Below, one piece after another: positions 57,124-64,000 of a stretch of DNA of 64,000 nt. The translations under genes were made by a program, and so were the position numbers. Each line of letters opens with the position of its first letter. Within the stretch, counting starts at the first letter, position 1. Origin of the DNA: Escherichia coli (GTDB lineage: Bacteria; Pseudomonadota; Gammaproteobacteria; Enterobacterales; Enterobacteriaceae); assembly GCF_003790525.1 (NCBI RefSeq), contig NZ_CP033635.1; one strand, written 5' to 3'. The notes under the pieces were generated by a model. It did not search any database, had not been told where the DNA came from, and was given only the letters and a program-made list of their open reading frames with translations.

Positions 57124-59386
57124 CCTGGATCTCCTTCGACAATTCGACAAAGAAGGCGCTGTATCCGGCAACGCGCACCACCAGCCCGGCATAATCTTGT
57201 GGGCGCTGTTGCGCTTCCCGCAACGTGTCGGCGTTCACCACGTTAAACTGAATATGCTGCAACTTAAGCTGGGTAAACGCCCGTAAGAAGTCGGCCAGTT
57301 TGCGTAATCCCGCTTCACCTTCCAGGGTCGCCGGAGTGAATTTCACGTTCAGCAACGTACCGTTAGACAGCAGCGTATTATCGAGCTTACTGACTGACTT
57401 CAGTACCGCCGTTGGCCCTTGTGCGTCCTGGCCCAGCATGGGTGACAAGCCGCCGTCTGCCAGCTGTTCTCCGGCAAAACGACCGTCTGGCGTCGCGCCA
57501 ACCACCGATCCCAACGGGACGTGAGCAGAAACGGTATACGATCCCGGCGTGAAGTAGCCGCCGCGCGGGTTCTGGTATTTTTCCACTTCTTTGCAGTAGT
57601 GGCGTAACAGTTCGGCGCTGATGTTATCCACCTCGTCGATATCGTTACCGTATTTCTCGAAGCGGTTAATTAAGCGAGCACGGACTTTTTCGCCTTCTGG
57701 CGTTGCGAAGTTGGCTTTTAATACCGACAGCAATTCGTCAAAACTTAAACGCTGTTGCTCAAAAACCATACCTTTCAACGCATGGAGAGAATCGCTCAGG
57801 TTGGCGATACCGATCCCCTGTACGCCGGAGAAGTTATAACGCGCACCGCCATCGGTAATATCGCGGCCTTTTTCCAGACAATCGCTGATAAACGATGAGA
57901 GCAGCGGTACAGGTGCCCAGTCACGGTGACCGATATCGCAAATATTGCTGCCCTCAACCATCAGGGTGATGTAGTGGCTGATCTTGGCGCGGATCTGCTC
58001 CAGTAAACCTTCATAAGTCAGCGCAGCATTGCCTTCATTTTCATGCAGGCAGATTTCCATCACTTTCAGCAGATTAAACATCGCGATGTCATGCAAGCCG
58101 TAGGTTCTGCCGGGAATAGATAATTCCACACAGCCCACTACGGAATAGTCGCGTGCATCTTCCAGCGAAACGCCACGGTTGAGGAACGCTGGCACCACTA
58201 CTTCATCGTTAAAGATTTGCGGAATACCGGTGCCGAGGCGAATGGTTTCGGCGGTTTTCATCAGGAACGGCGTGTCGATCAAGGCGTTAGTGCGCACCCC
58301 CAGGTTCGGTTGCGGTAATTGCACGCTTTGATAGGCGTCAAGGCAAAGGAACGAAAGCACGTTCACCGCGCTACGTCCGTTCTCGGTTAACCCGCCGAGC
58401 AGTGCGGTATAGCCGGTCGGGAAACCGGCGAAATAACGCGCGCTACTGGTGGAGCGCAACAGCACGATGTCGTTGCATTTCACCCATAAAGATTCGAGCA
58501 GTTCTTTCAGGAACGCCGGATCTTCGCCCTGGGTTAATGATGCCTGATAGAACGGCAACATATACTGGTCGAAGCGCCCTAAAGACAGCGAACTGGCGTT
58601 GGATTCGTATTGCAGAATGATGTTCATGTACCAGAATAACTGGCACGCCTGCCAGAACGTCTGCGGCTTATGTTCGGCGTTATGGCGGGAGATCTCCGCA
58701 ATAGTCAGCAGTTCTTCGCGACGCTGGCCATCAGTGCAGCTTGCCGCCATCGTTTCCGCCAGTTCGGCGTAACGCAAAATATGTTTCTGCGAGGCTTCCA
58801 GCAGTAACAGCGCTGCCTGATAAAAGTGATTCTCCGGCTGTTGCTGACAATGTTGCTGCATCTGTGCCACCAGCTCCCCCAGCCCGTGATTCAGCAGGCG
58901 CGGGTAATCAATAATAATGTGCCCCTGGCCTTTATCCGTCTGGTTGATGCTGAAAATCTGCGTGCTGGTCGCGGCTTTTACTTCATCCGTCATCTGCCCG
59001 TTAATGAAATCTTTCATCGAACGTTTTTCCCAGTACGGGAACAACTCTTCGCGGTAGATACGTTTATCTTCTTCGCTGATAGCAAAGCGGTCCTGCGGAC
59101 GCGTCGGGAATTGATCCAGCTCTTTCAGCAGCCAGTAAGGGTCCATTTCCGGCGACATAATCCCGGCGCGTGGTTTTACGGTGCGGTTACCGGCAATCAG
59201 TTCTTCATCACGAATCGAAATTTCAACGTGTTCAAGGATATACGCTGTTGCTTTCGCCCGGCGCAATATCACCGGTTCGCCTTCGGTTTGCCGATGGCTG
59301 GCGGTATAAAGCAGCGCCCGCTCCAGCGAGATTTCACGGGTATTGGCAAACAGTGCAGTTTTGAGGCGAGAGATACGATTCGTCAT
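57089..59386 (-). CDS. pflD: Glycyl radical enzyme PflD (pyruvate formate-lyase homolog; substrate unknown)
   Basis: 765 aa ORF; C-terminal glycyl-radical motif region (...RVAGYSAFFVEL...); 35-nt overlap with pflC. Confidence 0.93.
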   Translation of the reverse strand: MTNRISRLKTALFANTREISLERALLYTASHRQTEGEPVILRRAKATAYILEHVEISIRDEELIAGNRTVKPRAGIMSPEMDPYWLLKELDQFPTRPQDRFAISEEDKRIYREELFPYWEKRSMKDFINGQMTDEVKAATSTQIFSINQTDKGQGHIIIDYPRLLNHGLGELVAQMQQHCQQQPENHFYQAALLLLEASQKHILRYAELAETMAASCTDGQRREELLTIAEISRHNAEHKPQTFWQACQLFWYMNIILQYESNASSLSLGRFDQYMLPFYQASLTQGEDPAFLKELLESLWVKCNDIVLLRSTSSARYFAGFPTGYTALLGGLTENGRSAVNVLSFLCLDAYQSVQLPQPNLGVRTNALIDTPFLMKTAETIRLGTGIPQIFNDEVVVPAFLNRGVSLEDARDYSVVGCVELSIPGRTYGLHDIAMFNLLKVMEICLHENEGNAALTYEGLLEQIRAKISHYITLMVEGSNICDIGHRDWAPVPLLSSFISDCLEKGRDITDGGARYNFSGVQGIGIANLSDSLHALKGMVFEQQRLSFDELLSVLKANFATPEGEKVRARLINRFEKYGNDIDEVDNISAELLRHYCKEVEKYQNPRGGYFTPGSYTVSAHVPLGSVVGATPDGRFAGEQLADGGLSPMLGQDAQGPTAVLKSVSKLDNTLLSNGTLLNVKFTPATLEGEAGLRKLADFLRAFTQLKLQHIQFNVVNADTLREAQQRPQDYAGLVVRVAGYSAFFVELSKEIQDDIIRRTAHQL

Positions 59387-59436
59387 GAGGAACTCCTGTG
59401 GGAAAGCGAACCCGCCCTTACGGGCGGGATAAGAAC

Positions 59437-59757
59437 TTAAGCGGTTTGTGCCAGGTGAGCTTCAATTTTGCTCATAATGGCATCAGCGCGTTTTACCGCG
59501 TCGCTGATGTTGACGCGCACGATGGTCTTGCCAGCAAAACGCTCTTCAAACTTGATGCCGATATCTTTGGTCAGAATCACCATATCGGCGCTCGCCACGT
59601 CTTCCGCAGTCAGTTCATTTTCCAGACCAATCGAGCCCTGGGTTTCTACTTTCACTTCCCAGCCTTTCGCTTTCGCGGCACTTTCCAGCGCCTCTGCCGC
59701 CATATAGGTATGGGCAACACCAGATGGACACGCGGTTACTGCAATAATTTTCGTCAT
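59437..59757 (-). CDS. frwB: PTS fructose-like EIIB component FrwB
   Basis: 106 aa MTKIIAVTACPSGVAHTYMAAEALE... Confidence 0.92.
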   Translation of the reverse strand: MTKIIAVTACPSGVAHTYMAAEALESAAKAKGWEVKVETQGSIGLENELTAEDVASADMVILTKDIGIKFEERFAGKTIVRVNISDAVKRADAIMSKIEAHLAQTA

Positions 59758-59771
59758 GGCTCGTTCCTCAA

Positions 59772-60851
59772 TTAATTAATTTCAAAATCCAAATCCAGGT
59801 CGTCTTCTTTTTCATCAGTCGAAGACCCATTTTTACGCGCCAGACTTTTCAGCACGTTCACACAAACAGCCGTCACCACTGCTCCGACAGCCACTGCTGC
59901 GATATAACCCAGCTTGCCTTCAACCACCGGCAGCACAATCAGACCACCCCAGCCTGCATAGCACTGCGCACCGACCAGCGCCGCAGTTACTGCACCACAA
60001 ACTGAACCGATCATGATGGAAGGAATAACACGCAGCGGATCGGCAGCGGCGAAAGGAATCGCCCCTTCAGTAACCCCAACACAGCCCATCACCAGTGCCG
60101 CCTTGCCGGTTTCGCGCTCTTCTGCGGAGAAATTTTTACGACCAATCAGCGTCGCCAGCCCCATCCCCAGCGGTGGAACACAAATCCCAACAGCGGCAAT
60201 AGCCACCACGGTATAAACACCCTGAGCAACGCAAATCAGCATGAAGGCATAGGCCACTTTGTTAACCGGGCCGCCCATATCGAACGCCAGCATCAGACCC
60301 ATGATCACCGCCAGCATAACAATGCTGCCCTGCTGCATCCCCTGAAGCCACTGAGTCAGGCTGTTGGTCAACGCCCCTACAGGCTCGCCCAGCCCCCACA
60401 TCATGACGCCAGCGGTAATCAGTGTGCCGACGATAGGAATGATGAAGATTGGCATCACCGAGCGCAGAACTTTATGCACCGGAATTTTCTTCAGGTAATG
60501 CACCACGATGCCGCCGATAATCCCGGCGATCAGTGCACCAAAGAAGCCCGCACCAAAGCTGTTACCAACCCAGGCACCGATAGCGCACGGAGCCAGCGCA
60601 GAGCGTTCTGCAATGGAATAACCGATGTAAGCGGCGAGGAAAGGCACCATCAGCGTCAAACCTGCAACGCCGATATCAAACAGTTTTTTCAGATTCGGAT
60701 CGGCGACGGCATCCGGCACTGCGCCTTTGCCATACAACATGACGGAAACCGCCAGCAAAATACCGCCCGATACCACGAAGGGAATCATGTGTGAAACGCC
60801 CGTCATTAAATGCTGACGAGTATTTTTCAGGATCTGCACCAACTCATTCAT
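59772..60851 (-). CDS. frwC: PTS fructose-like EIIC permease FrwC
   Basis: 359 aa polytopic membrane ORF of the EIIC(Fru) family. Confidence 0.92.
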   Translation of the reverse strand: MNELVQILKNTRQHLMTGVSHMIPFVVSGGILLAVSVMLYGKGAVPDAVADPNLKKLFDIGVAGLTLMVPFLAAYIGYSIAERSALAPCAIGAWVGNSFGAGFFGALIAGIIGGIVVHYLKKIPVHKVLRSVMPIFIIPIVGTLITAGVMMWGLGEPVGALTNSLTQWLQGMQQGSIVMLAVIMGLMLAFDMGGPVNKVAYAFMLICVAQGVYTVVAIAAVGICVPPLGMGLATLIGRKNFSAEERETGKAALVMGCVGVTEGAIPFAAADPLRVIPSIMIGSVCGAVTAALVGAQCYAGWGGLIVLPVVEGKLGYIAAVAVGAVVTAVCVNVLKSLARKNGSSTDEKEDDLDLDFEIN

Positions 60852-61159
60852 AAGCTGCTCCCGGGCTTGCGAAAGCCCATGTCCATATTTTTGATGGAAG
60901 AAACAATAGGCAATCGCAGGCGGAGCAAACAGTGGATAAAAAGGCCATTTACTGGACTTTTGTAATATCAGTACAAAAATGCGATCCGCCTCATAACTTG
61001 CGATAACCCGGAAGCATGCCGCAAAACGGCGTCTTGTGAGACGCGTCGCAAATTGGCGGTTACATTACATTTGTCCAGCTTTTGGCAGATTTGTCACATG
61101 GCAGGCCGTTGCCGTGCGCTCTTATCCTGTAAACAGAAAACCGTACCGGGAGAGAGGCA

Positions 61160-63661
61160 ATGGCCCTGATTGTGGAATTTATTTGTGAGCTACCTAACGG
61201 CGTACATGCGCGTCCGGCAAGCCACGTTGAAACGCTGTGTAATACTTTTTCATCACAAATTGAGTGGCATAACCTGCGCACTGACCGCAAGGGCAACGCC
61301 AAAAGCGCCCTTGCGCTGATTGGCACCGATACGCTGGTGGGCGATAACTGCCAGTTACTGATTTCCGGGGCCGACGAACAGGAAGCGCACCAGCGTTTAA
61401 GCCAATGGCTGCGCGATGAATTCCCCCACTGCGACGCACCGCTGGCGGAAGTAAAATCTGACGAACTGGAACCACTGCCGGTTTCACTGACCAATCTGAA
61501 TCCGCAAATTATCCGTGCCCGCACCGTGTGCAGCGGTAGCGCAGGCGGCATTCTGACGCCGATCTCTTCTTTAGATCTCAATGCGCTGGGTAATCTTCCC
61601 GCAGCCAAAGGCGTTGACGCCGAACAATCCGCACTGGAAAACGGTCTGACGCTGGTACTGAAAAACATAGAGTTTCGTCTGCTGGATAGCGACGGTGCTA
61701 CCAGCGCGATTCTGGAAGCGCACCGATCCCTGGCTGGCGATACTTCCCTGCGCGAACATTTACTGGCAGGTGTCAGCGCCGGATTAAGCTGCGCCGAAGC
61801 GATTGTTGCCAGTGCGAATCACTTTTGCGAAGAGTTCGCCCGTTCCAGCAGCAGCTACCTGCAAGAACGTGCCCTGGACGTACGCGACGTCTGCTTCCAG
61901 TTACTCCAGCAAATCTACGGTGAGCAACGCTTCCCGGCACCGGGCAAACTGACGCAGCCCGCCATTTGTATGGCTGATGAACTGACCCCCAGCCAGTTCC
62001 TCGAACTGGATAAAAATCACCTCAAAGGATTGTTGCTCAAAAGCGGCGGCACCACCTCACATACGGTGATCCTTGCCCGTTCGTTCAACATTCCGACGCT
62101 GGTTGGTGTGGATATTGATGCCCTCACTCCGTGGCAGCATCAAACGATTTATATCGACGGCAACGCTGGGGCGATTGTGGTTGAGCCAGGGGAATCCGTG
62201 GCCCGTTATTATCAGCAAGAAGCCCGCGTACAGGACGCTCTGCGTGAGCAACAGCGTGTCTGGCTGACCCAACAAGCCCGTACCGCTGACGGTATCCGCA
62301 TTGAAATTGCTGCTAACATCGCTCACTCCGTGGAAGCGCAGGCCGCATTCGGCAATGGTGCGGAAGGCGTTGGTTTATTCCGCACTGAAATGCTCTATAT
62401 GGATCGCACCAGCGCACCGGGCGAAAGCGAGCTGTACAACATTTTTTGTCAGGCGCTGGAGTCCGCCAACGGACGCAGCATTATTGTGCGCACTATGGAT
62501 ATTGGCGGTGACAAACCCGTTGATTATCTGAACATTCCCGCAGAGGCAAACCCGTTCCTCGGTTATCGCGCCGTGCGTATTTATGAAGAGTACGCGTCGT
62601 TATTTACCACACAACTACGGTCGATTCTCCGTGCCTCCGCTCACGGCAGCCTGAAAATCATGATCCCGATGATCTCCTCAATGGAAGAGATCTTATGGGT
62701 AAAAGAAAAACTGGCAGAAGCCAAACAGCAACTACGTAACGAACACATTCCGTTTGATGAGAAGATCCAGCTCGGCATTATGCTGGAAGTGCCGTCGGTG
62801 ATGTTCATCATCGATCAATGCTGCGAAGAGATTGATTTCTTTAGTATCGGTAGTAATGACCTGACGCAATATCTGCTGGCAGTGGATCGCGATAACGCTA
62901 AGGTTACTCGTCACTATAACAGCCTGAATCCGGCCTTCTTGCGGGCGCTCGATTACGCCGTGCAGGCGGTGCATCGCCAGGGCAAATGGATTGGTCTGTG
63001 CGGTGAACTGGGAGCGAAAGGTTCCGTGCTGCCTTTGCTGGTCGGTTTAGGGCTGGATGAACTCAGCATGAGCGCACCATCAATTCCGGCGGCGAAAGCG
63101 CGGATGGCGCAACTTGATAGCCGTGAGTGCCGCCAGTTGCTCAACCAGGCAATGGCCTGCCGTACGTCGCTGGAAGTGGAACACCTGCTGGCGCAATTCC
63201 GCATGACCCAACAAGACGCACCGCTGGTCACCGCCGAGTGCATCACACTGGAAAGCGACTGGCGCAGCAAAGAAGAAGTGCTCAAAGGCATGACCGATAA
63301 CCTGCTGCTGGCGGGCCGCTGCCGCTATCCGCGTAAACTGGAAGCCGACTTGTGGGCGCGCGAGGCCGTTTTCTCTACCGGTCTGGGCTTTAGTTTCGCC
63401 ATTCCCCACAGCAAATCAGAACACATTGAGCAATCCACCATCAGCGTGGCGCGTCTGGCAGCGCCGGTGCGCTGGGGCGATGATGAAGCGCAATTCATCA
63501 TTATGTTAACCCTGAACAAACATGCTGCGGGCGATCAGCACATGCGCATTTTCTCGCGCCTCGCTCGTCGCATCATGCACGAAGAATTCCGTAACGCGCT
63601 GGTTAACGCCGCCTCTGCCGACGCTATCGCCAGCCTGCTGCAACATGAACTGGAACTGTAA
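61160..63661 (+). CDS. ptsA: Multiphosphoryl transfer protein PtsA/FryA (HPr-like, Enzyme I-like and EIIA(Fru)-like domains)
   Basis: 833 aa ORF: N-terminal HPr-like His (GVHARPAS), central PEP-utilising Enzyme I domain, C-terminal EIIA-like domain. Confidence 0.92.
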   Translation: MALIVEFICELPNGVHARPASHVETLCNTFSSQIEWHNLRTDRKGNAKSALALIGTDTLVGDNCQLLISGADEQEAHQRLSQWLRDEFPHCDAPLAEVKSDELEPLPVSLTNLNPQIIRARTVCSGSAGGILTPISSLDLNALGNLPAAKGVDAEQSALENGLTLVLKNIEFRLLDSDGATSAILEAHRSLAGDTSLREHLLAGVSAGLSCAEAIVASANHFCEEFARSSSSYLQERALDVRDVCFQLLQQIYGEQRFPAPGKLTQPAICMADELTPSQFLELDKNHLKGLLLKSGGTTSHTVILARSFNIPTLVGVDIDALTPWQHQTIYIDGNAGAIVVEPGESVARYYQQEARVQDALREQQRVWLTQQARTADGIRIEIAANIAHSVEAQAAFGNGAEGVGLFRTEMLYMDRTSAPGESELYNIFCQALESANGRSIIVRTMDIGGDKPVDYLNIPAEANPFLGYRAVRIYEEYASLFTTQLRSILRASAHGSLKIMIPMISSMEEILWVKEKLAEAKQQLRNEHIPFDEKIQLGIMLEVPSVMFIIDQCCEEIDFFSIGSNDLTQYLLAVDRDNAKVTRHYNSLNPAFLRALDYAVQAVHRQGKWIGLCGELGAKGSVLPLLVGLGLDELSMSAPSIPAAKARMAQLDSRECRQLLNQAMACRTSLEVEHLLAQFRMTQQDAPLVTAECITLESDWRSKEEVLKGMTDNLLLAGRCRYPRKLEADLWAREAVFSTGLGFSFAIPHSKSEHIEQSTISVARLAAPVRWGDDEAQFIIMLTLNKHAAGDQHMRIFSRLARRIMHEEFRNALVNAASADAIASLLQHELEL

Positions 63662-63672
63662 AAGGAAACATC

Positions 63673-64000
63673 ATGGAACTGTATCTGGACACCGCTAACG
63701 TCGCAGAAGTCGAACGTCTGGCACGCATATTCCCGATTGCCGGGGTGACAACTAACCCGAGCATTATCGCTGCCAGCAAGGAGTCCATCTGGGAAGTGCT
63801 GCCGCGTCTGCAAAAAGCGATTGGTGATGAGGGTATTTTGTTTGCTCAGACCATGAGTCGTGACGCGCAGGGTATGGTGGAAGAAGCGAAGCGCCTGCGC
63901 GACGCCATTCCGGGCATTGTGGTGAAAATCCCGGTAACTTCCGAAGGTCTTGCCGCCATAAAAATGCTGAAAAAAGAGGGTATTACTACACTTGGCACCG
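63673..64000 (+). CDS. fsaB: Fructose-6-phosphate aldolase 2 (TalC), 5' part; 3' end lies outside the window
   Basis: [109 protein letters not shown], transaldolase-like fold. Confidence 0.93.
   Translation, partial: MELYLDTANVAEVERLARIFPIAGVTTNPSIIAASKESIWEVLPRLQKAIGDEGILFAQTMSRDAQGMVEEAKRLRDAIPGIVVKIPVTSEGLAAIKMLKKEGITTLGT

Noticed and set aside
61078-61110. TGGCAG...TGGCA motif upstream of ptsA that superficially resembles a sigma54 promoter
   Set aside because: The spacing and the -12 GC element do not fit the GG-N10-GC consensus.
61060-61668. 202-aa minus-strand ORF overlapping the ptsA 5' end and the frwC-ptsA spacer
   Set aside because: Overlaps the well-supported ptsA N-terminus in antisense; Ser/Ala/Arg-rich translation typical of GC-rich antisense frames.

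Overview
This window reads as the well-studied ~90-minute core region of an Escherichia coli chromosome (or a very close relative), in reverse orientation relative to K-12 MG1655 numbering. I found no mobile elements, CRISPR arrays, phage genes, defence-island-like cargo or unexplained large ORFs, and no convincing previously undescribed system. Gene order is: purD (3' end), zraR-zraS / zraP, yjaH, hupA, yjaG, nfi, hemE, nudC, rsd, thiCEFSGH (with TPP riboswitch), rpoC-rpoB-rplL-rplJ-rplA-rplK, nusG-secE, tufB with tRNAs thrT-glyT-tyrU-thrU, coaA, birA-murB, the complete rrnB operon (5S, 23S, tRNA-Glu, 16S, P1/P2 promoters), murI-btuB (with B12 riboswitch), trmA, yijD-fabR, sthA, oxyR / oxyS, argH-argB-argC / argE, ppc, eptC, yijO, frwD-pflC-pflD-frwB-frwC, ptsA and fsaB (5' part). 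All assignments rest on reading the ORF translations and RNA sequences against what I remember of the K-12 proteins and RNAs; no database search was run. The points worth a second look are differences from the K-12 layout as I recall it: no yjaZ/htrC between rpoC and thiH, an rplA-rplJ spacer about 121 nt shorter than expected, a single hybrid terminator after rrfB instead of T1+T2, and a short 16S-tRNA-Glu spacer. These most likely reflect strain-level polymorphism but need alignment to confirm. The frw/pfl/ptsA cluster is a known but still functionally unassigned PTS plus glycyl-radical-enzyme system. The many long ORFs antisense to rpoB, rpoC, tufB and rplA are codon-bias shadow ORFs and are rejected.
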